Below, piece after piece: positions 17,947 to 27,715 of a DNA stretch of 64,000 nucleotides. A model generated the notes under the pieces. That model was not told the DNA's origin. It saw only the letters and a list, made by a program, of their open reading frames with translations, and ran no database searches. The position numbers were made by a program, and so were the translations under genes. The DNA lies in the NCBI GenBank assembly GCA_000004985.1, contig GG738858.1; one strand, written 5' to 3'. The stretch comes from Naegleria gruberi (lineage: Eukaryota). Each line of letters opens with the position of its first letter. The first letter of the stretch is position 1.

Positions 17947-18894
17947 CTAAATGACACATTCTTTCAATGCTGTTCCATACTTGCTCAATTGATAAAAGAT
18001 ATTAATCAAGTGTTCACATTCTTCAATCTTTGGCAACTTGTTGGCATTTTCATAATCCTTGGTGGTCTTTTCAGCTCTGGTAAATTCTGAACTTTCCATT
18101 GCATTCTTAAAACATTGTTTGCTTTCCATCAATTTATCTTCCCAATTGCCTGCGAATGAACTGACTTCAGTGGCTTCCATGCAAGAGTTCATGACCACAG
18201 GAATGGCCACACTGCATCCAACTGCCATGACCACACCAACTCCAGCCACAATAGGAACACCCACAAAGGCACCAATCACTGTTGTAATTGCAGCAATTCC
18301 CAAACCAACCAAACCAACCATGGACACAACTCCCAAAATAATACTTGCCCAAAAGTATTTCTTTGCTTTGGCTCTCAGAATATTCTCCATATGTTTAATG
18401 GAAGTTTCAAGTTTAGTTAAATATTTGGCATTGTCAAAGTAATCTTCCCAAAACTTGTAAATTGCATTCATTCTCTTTTCATATGATCCTTGGTTGACTT
18501 GATTTAAAATATCAGTAAATAGTTCAACTCCCAATTTACCAACTTTAATAAGGTGATTGCCATGGAGAACGATATTTTCAATTGCCTTGTAAAATGGTTC
18601 TCTCTCACTTGGTTTTAGAAACAGATAACAATCTTGAACACATTTTTGGATTTCGTTTTGAGTTTCAAAAATGTCAGTTTTTTGCAATTCTTTGGAAATT
18701 TCCTTCAAATCTTTCTTGTTTTCTTTCAATTCAATATTTTGCCAATAGTTTTCTATATAAACTCGATTCTCAATCATGTCAAAACAATCAACAATGTCAA
18801 TACTCGTTGAAGAATCTGTTTCTTGAGCAAGTTGCTTGAGATTGAGAGATTGGTGAAGGCCTGTGTCCTTCTTTGTGGTTTGGCGTTGACCCAT
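17947..18894 (-). CDS. N-myristoylation-motif protein with C-terminal glycine-zipper membrane hairpin, paralog B
   Basis: ATG 18894. MGQRQT. Same architecture and length (315 aa) as paralog A. Hairpin ILGVVSMVGLVGLGIAAITTVIGAFVGVPIVAGVGVVMAVGCSVAIPV. Confidence 0.75.
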   Translation of the reverse strand: MGQRQTTKKDTGLHQSLNLKQLAQETDSSTSIDIVDCFDMIENRVYIENYWQNIELKENKKDLKEISKELQKTDIFETQNEIQKCVQDCYLFLKPSEREPFYKAIENIVLHGNHLIKVGKLGVELFTDILNQVNQGSYEKRMNAIYKFWEDYFDNAKYLTKLETSIKHMENILRAKAKKYFWASIILGVVSMVGLVGLGIAAITTVIGAFVGVPIVAGVGVVMAVGCSVAIPVVMNSCMEATEVSSFAGNWEDKLMESKQCFKNAMESSEFTRAEKTTKDYENANKLPKIEECEHLINIFYQLSKYGTALKECVI

Positions 18895-19337
18895 TGTTTT
18901 TGTTTTTTTAAAACGTGAGTTTTGTTAGAAACGTGAAACTCAAAACATATTTATTCGAAACGTGATGCGTGTGGTGTTGACCATCATGTCAATTTCTGGT
19001 ACGATAGTAGGTTTATTACAAATTTCTTGTTTTTAATTGGTGAGATGTAGGAGAATATTGTTTTCTTTCTCATCGACTGTGTAACCATTCAATTCGATTT
19101 GCTCCTTAGATCCACCAATATCATTATATGTAATTCCGCAGTCCTAATTGTAACACTGGCATCAATTTTTGGAGGGAGTGGAATACGAATTTGATATTTT
19201 GTACGATCAACACCAATACGTACCAGTTGCCATGAAAGGTATGAGCCTGAGCGAATTCTTCTCTCGATTATTTAACATTGAGTTTTCATAACAAATAAAA
19301 CTCAAATCAGAACTGTTTACTAATATTATTTTGAAAA

Positions 19338-21515
19338 TTAAAGTATTTTCTTTTCGAGTTGTTTGAGAATATTTTCGAGTAACTCAACAATTTTTGTGGT
19401 TCTGTTTTTGCACTTGGTTTCATCGAAATCTGAGAGATTAGTCAATTTCTTGACTTCGTTGTTGATATTCAATGGTTCCTTATTCAAGTATTTCAATCTG
19501 TTTTCATCTGTGGTATCCTTTGTGAATGATTTACCACATAGAGTAAAGTTACCAATTTGGAGATAGCAATTATCCATCTTCTTAGCCAATAATGGTTTGA
19601 TATTGCATAACTTGAGATTACGAGGATATTGCAAGTCGAAATTAGATGCATTCGGATCAGAAAGGAAGTCTTCAATGATTGGTAAAACAGTTGAGAAAAT
19701 CTTTTTAAGCTCATTACTTTGTTTCTTCTTTGATGGGGCAGTGCTGTCATTATTGGCTAATCTAATGATCTTCTTGCTCCATTGTGAATAATTGGATTCC
19801 TCACTGTCATCACTTGCCTTTTTGCCTCCCTTTTTCTTGCTCTTTGTCTTGGTCAATATGGTTGTGAGTTCCTTAAAATCAACAACTTTGTTGTTCAAAA
19901 GATTACTGATCTCAGCCATCATGTAAGAGAACTTGACCTTGGCAAAGTCACACAAGCAAACTTGGAGTACGTGATTGTGCCAAATTGCAATTAATTGCAA
20001 TACATCTGCTTCTTCAACCTTGGAACTGACATTATAGGTGAGAAAGTGTTGGCCATGTTCCTTGCAATGTGCAATAGCAATAAGAGTTGCTAGGACTATA
20101 TCTGAGGCCACTTTTTGTGCCTTTGGGAGGTAATTTTCAGCAATGTGGTGTGTTCTGCTGATCATCTTGTTAATAAGGTGATTCTTCTCATTATTAGTGG
20201 AGAATACAGGACGATTTGCTGAACTCTTTGATTGATGACCAATGAAAATAGGAGTCATGTAATTGTTCATGAAAGTTTCACCAAGATTTTCAATATTGAC
20301 AGTTGTCTTCATGTGGGAGGCAATTTGGTCAAGAAGTTTCAAATATTCTCTATTGCTAACATTCACATTCTTTGTTGGGTGTAGCAATTGATGAATGTTT
20401 TCAAGAATATTTGAGAAATCTTCGCCAACTTCTTGATACATGTGATTCCAAGAATCAACCATTTCTTGATTCTTTTGGTGATTGTGGCAACCAAATAATC
20501 TTCCAAAATCAAGCTTGAGTTTGTCCATTGGTGACAAATCCTTTCCTCTCAAATTCAAAGTACCAAAGATTGCTAGTTCATTAGCATGTTCTGGAACTGT
20601 AATGGTAACAACAATACAATTGTGACTCAAGAAGTGAATGAAATCAACCATTTCTTCTTGTTTCTTGAAAAGCTTTTTGATTTTAAGGATGGAATGCAAG
20701 AAGTTTTTGGCACAATTCATGGCAGAAGTGGAAGTAATCTCCTTTGCTTCTTCGAGCTTGGTGATTATTTCATCAACCTTGCTCTTCTTAAAGTCACCCT
20801 CGTCCATACTGGCCTTCTTTAAAATGTTAGCAAATCCCTTCTCTTCGACAATGTACTTTTTAAAGAATGTCTTTTCCTTTCCTGCTACACCTTCTTCATC
20901 ATTGCAAACCTCAATTCTTGCTTGACCTTTCAGAGTTCCCTTGTGAATCTTCAAGTAAACTTTGCTAATTGTCTCAAAATTTTCTTCATACTTTTTCTTA
21001 TTGATACATTCTCTGAGGGCAGAGTAAAGAATGGAGAGAGAGGTCAATCTTTGTTGACCATCTATTACTTGTTGTCTGTTACCTGCCTTTAGGACAATGG
21101 AGCCAATAAAGTAGCTGCTCTCTGGTTCATTCTTGTTATACTCATTGTAGACATCATCAAGAAGGTCCATAATGTTGTCGATCTCCCAAGCATAAGGACG
21201 TTGGTATTCAGGAATAGAATAGCACAATTCAAAAAGATTGTCAATTGCTCTATTGTTGGTGGTCAACTCCCAAGCTCTTCTTTCTGAGGCAACTATCTTT
21301 GGAGGAACAGGTGGACTGAATGTGAGTGGAGAATCTGTTGAAAATGGAAGAGAGGTATCACTCTTAGAGCTTGATGGAGTTGCTGGTTGTGAAGAAGAGG
21401 AAGGAGTACTGGCGATAATGGTTTGTTCCTTCTTGGTCTTCTTCTTGTCTTTCTTTGGGGTAATGTCAGAGCAGTCTCTGGTGTTTTTCTCTTCTTGTCT
21501 ACCCCCTTTGACCAC
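19338..21515 (-). CDS. DUF262 (GmrSD / ParB-like N-terminal domain) family protein with long C-terminal region; 5' end unresolved
   Basis: Hallmark DUF262 motifs IPEYQRPYAWE and SYFIGSIVLKAGNRQQVIDGQQRLTSL. S/T/P/K-rich N-terminal low complexity. C-terminal region with His-rich patches (THHIAENYLP, IAHCKEHGQH, IWHNHVL), possibly DUF1524/HNH-like. The 725-aa ORF has no ATG before the domain. An ATG at 21574 lies in another frame just upstream of a homopolymer at 21502-21506. Confidence 0.75.
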   Translation of the reverse strand: MVKGGRQEEKNTRDCSDITPKKDKKKTKKEQTIIASTPSSSSQPATPSSSKSDTSLPFSTDSPLTFSPPVPPKIVASERRAWELTTNNRAIDNLFELCYSIPEYQRPYAWEIDNIMDLLDDVYNEYNKNEPESSYFIGSIVLKAGNRQQVIDGQQRLTSLSILYSALRECINKKKYEENFETISKVYLKIHKGTLKGQARIEVCNDEEGVAGKEKTFFKKYIVEEKGFANILKKASMDEGDFKKSKVDEIITKLEEAKEITSTSAMNCAKNFLHSILKIKKLFKKQEEMVDFIHFLSHNCIVVTITVPEHANELAIFGTLNLRGKDLSPMDKLKLDFGRLFGCHNHQKNQEMVDSWNHMYQEVGEDFSNILENIHQLLHPTKNVNVSNREYLKLLDQIASHMKTTVNIENLGETFMNNYMTPIFIGHQSKSSANRPVFSTNNEKNHLINKMISRTHHIAENYLPKAQKVASDIVLATLIAIAHCKEHGQHFLTYNVSSKVEEADVLQLIAIWHNHVLQVCLCDFAKVKFSYMMAEISNLLNNKVVDFKELTTILTKTKSKKKGGKKASDDSEESNYSQWSKKIIRLANNDSTAPSKKKQSNELKKIFSTVLPIIEDFLSDPNASNFDLQYPRNLKLCNIKPLLAKKMDNCYLQIGNFTLCGKSFTKDTTDENRLKYLNKEPLNINNEVKKLTNLSDFDETKCKNRTTKIVELLENILKQLEKKIL

Positions 21516-22296
21516 TCGGGAACCCCTGCTTCACATTCAACTTCATGAACTATTTCACTATTGAAACAGTTCATGTGTTGAAATAAAACAAGAGTCTTTA
21601 AAAGAATGTAGCAGATGTACTGGCACCTATATAACGTGAATTGGTATTTATCACCAACCCTCTACAACATAGACACGAAATTCTATTGATCGTCGGGAAC
21701 GGGTCGAGCTGTCTTTTAGGACCTAACTAGACCAGCAATAGAAGATCTTGATATCGGTTTAATACCTGGGTTATTTTACACCCTGAAGTTTTGTCTTCAA
21801 TAAATTCAACAATAAATTGTGGTTTGCTCTCATTTTCCATTATCTTGTGTTTAATCACTTGAATGAAAACCAAGCAAGGTGCTAAGAGTTTGGTGAATAA
21901 ACGTCTAGAATATGTGAAAAAATACTATATTATTTAAATCAATGAACAATATCTTACTATCTTATTTAAAAGTTTAAATCAATAAATAAGATTTCATTAT
22001 TTTGTTTTGGAAAAATAGCTCAAAAATATTGGCAACACAATCAACAAATTCTTAGAGTTTTCACATCTTAAGATGTAACTCCAAGAAATTTTCATCATCA
22101 TGTGAATAATAGTAATTTTTGGAATTAATCCTTCGCCATGATTTGGAAATTATTTTATTATTCAAGTTGGTAAACCATCATCGGAACAACTACCAATCAT
22201 CACCATGTAATAATATTATTTGTGGAAAAATCTGAAAATAGTGAAATTCAATATTTTCACTAAAATCATCATTACCAGATTCATATAATAATTGAA

Positions 22297-24425
22297 TTAG
22301 TGAAATCTCGGATTTCCATACCTTTCAAAAGCTACCTTCACAGCAACAACCTTTCCTTGATCTAACTTGTACAAACAAGGATAAATTCCATCTCCAATTG
22401 CAGTGGAAGAGTAAACACCAAATGGAAACATGGTGCAATCATCATTTTGGTTTTCAGTCTTGATTTGCAGAATTGCATCCTTCCACTCTAAACTTTCTTG
22501 ATTGGTATTCTTGAACAAATTATTATCTTCATACTTGTCTCCATCAATAAATCCAATTCCATGATCCAAACCTACAATTGCAGAAACATGCCAACCATGC
22601 TTGATTTCCATGTCAAAATTATCAAAATCCTCATCAAATATATGTCCAGGAGTTTCCCAATCAGTTCTGATGTTAGAATTGTCCAAACTATGTTCATAAT
22701 TGTAAATTAAAACTTGTCTGACACCACCTGATAATTTCAATTGCTTAACTTTCCAATTCCATTTTTAACATTCTCAATGAGTGAACTTTCTGAATCTCTA
22801 TCTGTTGTGAAATCGATGACCTTAATCTTACCAGATTCGATCAACAATTCCTCTCGTTTCATGTTGATAATCCACTCATCCTTCAAATCAACTCTTGGTT
22901 TTTGTGGCAAATCATTTCCACTTCTTGGTTCAACAATTCCAAAAGCTTCTTCATTCTTTTTGGTAAAGAACCTATTTGGATTTTGTGGCAACTTTTCAAT
23001 TCGATACGAATGATATTTGTTTGAATAGACTGCAACGTGAACTTTACCATCAATAACATCCAAAACATATCCAAATTCATACTCATTATTTCCTCTATAA
23101 ATTGGAGCTCCTAAATGATTGGAAAACTCCTTCACGTCAATTTCTTGATAATTTTCACTACACAATTCTGGAAACATTTCTTTACATTTGATTCCACAAA
23201 CGATTTGAAAATCACACATTCTTGCACTCTCCTTAATTTTGTAAATATGTTCTCCTCTAAAGTTTCTAGCACTGCTAATTTCCTTCTTGGTGAGAAGTGA
23301 AATTTTCGGATGACTTTCCATTTGGTGAGTTTTAAAAGCAAATTCCTTTTGAATTTCTTCCTTACTCCAATAAGGGAGCCACTTGATTGAATTTAAATCA
23401 ACCTTAACTACTTCTTCACATTTCAAATCAATATAGAATAGACATGACTTTAAATCTTCACTCCACAATATTGTTGTGTCTCCATTTTTTCCATAATAAG
23501 AAGTTGCTGATTTCTGATACTTTCCTTCGTGAATATTAGAAAGAGAACCAGGTCTATAACAATAAACTTGTTCTGAACCAAAGAAAATGATTCCAGAATT
23601 TTGTGTTGGAATAATTGAGTTAGGAATAATATCATTAATCCATGGTAAGTGATTGTCGGCTTTCAAAGATTTCATATCCTTATCAAAGAATATTTCAATT
23701 AATCTATGATCTGCTGAAAAGAATGATCTAACAGAATTACCTTCCTTATACGGAATATTCGAATGTGATTCGGAATATGTTGAGCTTGATTCAAAACTAA
23801 AAAACATGCTTTCGTCTGATAGAGCAAACTGTTCGAAATCTCTTGTTTCTCTATTGAAAAGGAAAAAGTTACAACCATAGAATAAACCATTCAATGAATA
23901 TTTTCTATCCGAAACATCCTCACATGGAATATAACAGTGAAACAATTGCTTTAGAATTTTTCGATCGAGAGTTATACTCTTCTGAGGTTGCTTACCAGAT
24001 AAATCAACCAATTGATAAATATAATCCTTCTCTGATGTTGGTGTGGCCATGAGAACGTGGCCATCGAAAATTCCCACAAAATGATCAAATTCTAAAGTAG
24101 GTTTGGACAATGGTTCGATATTCCTATCCTTCATCATGGACAATTTTCCATCAATCATCATAACTGCACTAACAACCTTCGGATCCAACACATTTCTCTC
24201 TGTGTCCATGCAAATAGATGGATTTTCCTCGCATTTTACAATCTTCCATTCCTTCAGAATTTTGGAAGAGCCAACCTCGATGAGGGTACTCATCTTACGA
24301 TATCTCTTCATCAGAAAGTAGGATGAACAGTATGGGAGTGCCACATTGGGATGAGACACATCGTAGGACATTTTTTTTAATGTGGATCTGTCAACTCCTG
24401 AATTACCATAATTATTAAGTCTCAT
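22297..24425 (-). CDS. Hypothetical protein (about 710 aa) with interrupted reading frame near 22737-22745; candidate pseudogene or sequencing frameshift
   Basis: 562-aa ORF (24425-22737) and 147-aa ORF (22740-22297) are contiguous on the same strand with protein-like composition in both; +1 frame change within about 10 nt (ggaaagttaagcaattgaaattatcagg). No plausible intron of 40 nt or more. Confidence 0.45.
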
Positions 24426-24455
24426 GAGTTGATTTTAGCCATCAATATTCCTTGG

Positions 24456-27400
24456 TCAAACTTCTAATAAACTGTTAAAATCAATTGCCCTTCGGAATAT
24501 CTTGGAACCACTTTCAACAATTCTATTATTCTTATTCATTCGTTTTAGGAATTCAGTATTGTATCTTAATGAATAGTGAGCGTAACAAAGTGCTTCAATA
24601 TTGATATCCATTGCCTTTTCAATAAAATCTTCATCGGAAATAATTTCATAGGATGCAAGTTTAAGTGAAGTAACATCACTTTGTACAGCTTTCAATACTA
24701 TTTCAGGATCGTTTCTCATATCAAATGATGCATAACAGAAAGAATTAAACGATTTCCCCTGACCAGAAGCATACATTACACACTCCTTATCCCCAAGGAA
24801 TTTGTTGGATGCATACTGAAGTGCTTCTTCATGGTTTTGAACACATTTCAGGACGACATTTCTGTTATATGCAAACTTATGAGGCACATACTGTAAAACC
24901 TTTCCGTTAACTCCAGCACATTCTAAAATAAACTCTTCCTCATGCTGTAACTCTTCACTGGCAAACAGGAATGCAATAGCATCAGATTTGATAGCTTTTA
25001 ACATAATTTCTCTATCATTTTTGAATTCATGTTTCAACTCGTTAGACAAGTACATAATTGATCGACCATTAAGTTCCAGTGATTTTAAAGCAATTTCTCT
25101 GTCTTCCCTTAATGTAATTGGTATAAAAAGTATATCAAATTGCTTAGGTTCAATTTCTAAAATAAAGGTCCTATCTAGTCTAAGTCTATTCGAAACATAC
25201 ATAAGATTCATCATCCTAGCATTAACAGCTAAAAGGGCAAATTGTCTATCATCTCTAAAAGTATAATCAAATTCATTAAGAGACTTAATACTTAATGCTA
25301 TGGCAGCCATTTCCTTATTGAGAGGAAATGGGATGTTGAGATGTGGCGGTAACCATTTTCTTAACGCTTCCAACACTTCTCCATCACTTTTCATTTCTCC
25401 AGAGGCATAGCGATAACAGCTTGCTGAATATTTTAATCCTGTTAAAATTAATTCCTTGTCATTTTGCAAATCTTCTGATAGGTAGTTACATCCATGACGA
25501 ATTGCATTTAGAGCAATTTCTCTATCATTTCGCAAATATTTTGGAATATATTGAATCAAATAACCATTAATCCTAGTTAACTTCCTAATAAAATCAATAT
25601 TGTTCCTTAATCTTTCAGACACGTACTCGAAAGATGAAGCATTCTCTGAGAATGCAATTGCTTGCACTATTTCCTCCTCATCTCTGTATTCTTCTGGAAC
25701 ATATTTCAGAGGATGAGTATCATATCTGCAAGCTTCATAAACTATTTCTCTATCTAATTCTGATTCATTGATATTTCTTAAGCTCAATCCGTTTCGTACT
25801 GCAACGATTAACAATTCTCTGTCTTGTTGGAGAGAATGACTGGCGTATTTCAAGTTATTTCCATCTAATTGGACAGCCTCTAATACTATGTCTCTGTCTT
25901 GTTTGTATTCTTGTGGTATTTCTTCAATACTTCCAATTCTTCTTACGTATTCTAATATTAAATCTCTATCTTCCTTCAGACTATATCCCAAAAAGTCAGA
26001 TATATTTGACATTGAATTTCTAATTGCTTTTACAACAAAGTCTCTCGAATTTTTCCAAGATTCAGGAGCATACTCAAAGTAGCATCCGTCTCTACCTATT
26101 AAAAACTCTAGTATCTCCTTATCTGTTTTTAATTCTTCTGATGCATAATTATAATTACCAGTATCATATAAAAGTGCTTCCTGTAACAATGACTTATCAT
26201 TTTGCAATTCCGCTGATGCAAACTTTAGAGCTCCGTAATGTTCTTTTATCGCCAACCTGATTATTTCTCGGTCATTTCTTAACTCGTCGTTCAACGATTC
26301 TAAAATTTTACGATCTTGTAATATATAGTCCAATACTAGTTGTCTACTGTTTTTTAGTTCGCCCTTGCAATGTTCTAAGCATACAGGATCTATTCTAATA
26401 ATTCTCAACTGTCTTTCCTCATTAAGAGAATTGAAATAATCTTTAGAAGTCCACATTGCTGAACTATACTGACATTGAATATCAATTAGTTCATCAACAA
26501 AATCACTATGATTAACTAGAGACGAACCACCATAATCAAGAAAGCTTAATGAATTACCTGCTCCTGAAATGCATTCTAGAACGAATTCACGGTCATGAAT
26601 TAATTCTCGAGCGATTCTACTGGAGAATGCGCTAGAATTAACAGAAGAACCAAGCAATACAAGTTCCTTCACAAAACTTCTATCACTACAGAAGTAACCA
26701 TGATCCACATAATACAAAGCCATTCCATTAGATTTTACAGCCTCCATAACAATCTCTTTGTCTTTCTTCAGTTCTTTTGAAACATCCTTCAAACTGTCTC
26801 CTTTCATTTTTACAATTTGTAAAACAAACTCTCTGTCTGATCTTAATTTTTCAGACGCATACGAAAATGAAAACCCTGAATTTTTAGCAGCTAGTAAAAT
26901 AACCTCTTTGTCATTGGAAAATGTTGGAGCATGCTGGAGAACACACGAATATTTAGAATTCTTGATAGCTTCCATCACTATTTCTCTATCTTTTAAATGT
27001 TCTGGAACATACTCGATAACCAAACCATCTTGTTTCACTGCTTCCAACACAATATCTCTAGAATTTTTCAATTGGGATGAAGCAAATTTTAAACATTTTG
27101 GTTGTTGTTTGATAGCTAATTTCATTAATTCATCATCATTATGAAATTCTGGGAGATGTTCAAATAAAATTTCCTCATCATAATATAAGTTTGATTTCAA
27201 TTTTAACACTTTCAAGATAAATTCTCTTTGGCTTTTCAATTTCTTACCAACAAATTTAATTGCCGAATAATGTTCTCGAAGTGCTACCAAAGCAACAGTT
27301 TCATCATTTTGCAAATCCTCTGATGCATATTCTAATAATTGTCCTTCAATTTTAAGAGTTTTTAAAAAGGCTAATTTGCAATCATTGTCAGGAAATGGAT

Positions 27401-27626
27401 GATCTTGAATATATTCACAAGCTGGAATGTTCTTTCTCTTCTTAAATTGTTGTACATGTTCATAAATCTTGTTGTTTTTAGAAACCCGTTCCTTGCAGAC
27501 TGCCGAAAAATGGTTTGCAAGTAAAATAAAACTCAGAGTTTCGGATGCTGAATTGTTAAATACGACCTGATGGTCATTGGAAGGCAAAAAATTTATCAGC
27601 AAATCTGAGAATGAATCTTTCACCAT
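24456..27626 (-). CDS. Giant tandem-repeat protein (1056 aa) built of about 25 helical 38-40-aa repeats, DUF4116-like
   Basis: Recurring unit D(R/K)E(I/F)VLEAVKQDGxxLxYASEELKND (e.g. DREFVLQIVKMKGDSLKDVSKELKKDKEIVMEAVKSNGMALYYV). Single uninterrupted ORF. Confidence 0.7.
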   Translation of the reverse strand: MVKDSFSDLLINFLPSNDHQVVFNNSASETLSFILLANHFSAVCKERVSKNNKIYEHVQQFKKRKNIPACEYIQDHPFPDNDCKLAFLKTLKIEGQLLEYASEDLQNDETVALVALREHYSAIKFVGKKLKSQREFILKVLKLKSNLYYDEEILFEHLPEFHNDDELMKLAIKQQPKCLKFASSQLKNSRDIVLEAVKQDGLVIEYVPEHLKDREIVMEAIKNSKYSCVLQHAPTFSNDKEVILLAAKNSGFSFSYASEKLRSDREFVLQIVKMKGDSLKDVSKELKKDKEIVMEAVKSNGMALYYVDHGYFCSDRSFVKELVLLGSSVNSSAFSSRIARELIHDREFVLECISGAGNSLSFLDYGGSSLVNHSDFVDELIDIQCQYSSAMWTSKDYFNSLNEERQLRIIRIDPVCLEHCKGELKNSRQLVLDYILQDRKILESLNDELRNDREIIRLAIKEHYGALKFASAELQNDKSLLQEALLYDTGNYNYASEELKTDKEILEFLIGRDGCYFEYAPESWKNSRDFVVKAIRNSMSNISDFLGYSLKEDRDLILEYVRRIGSIEEIPQEYKQDRDIVLEAVQLDGNNLKYASHSLQQDRELLIVAVRNGLSLRNINESELDREIVYEACRYDTHPLKYVPEEYRDEEEIVQAIAFSENASSFEYVSERLRNNIDFIRKLTRINGYLIQYIPKYLRNDREIALNAIRHGCNYLSEDLQNDKELILTGLKYSASCYRYASGEMKSDGEVLEALRKWLPPHLNIPFPLNKEMAAIALSIKSLNEFDYTFRDDRQFALLAVNARMMNLMYVSNRLRLDRTFILEIEPKQFDILFIPITLREDREIALKSLELNGRSIMYLSNELKHEFKNDREIMLKAIKSDAIAFLFASEELQHEEEFILECAGVNGKVLQYVPHKFAYNRNVVLKCVQNHEEALQYASNKFLGDKECVMYASGQGKSFNSFCYASFDMRNDPEIVLKAVQSDVTSLKLASYEIISDEDFIEKAMDINIEALCYAHYSLRYNTEFLKRMNKNNRIVESGSKIFRRAIDFNSLLEV

Positions 27627-27715
27627 TTTTTTTGTAAAATTGCTAAAAATAAGTTTTCTAATTAGAAATAATTGTTATTGCTTTTGGTCATATCATCATT
27701 AGATCATTAAATTGT

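Noticed and set aside
21640-21760. tRNA or C/D snoRNA in the GC-rich patch
   Set aside because: No GTTCRANYC T-loop, no acceptor-stem pairing, no UGAUGA C-box; retained only as a low-interest observation.
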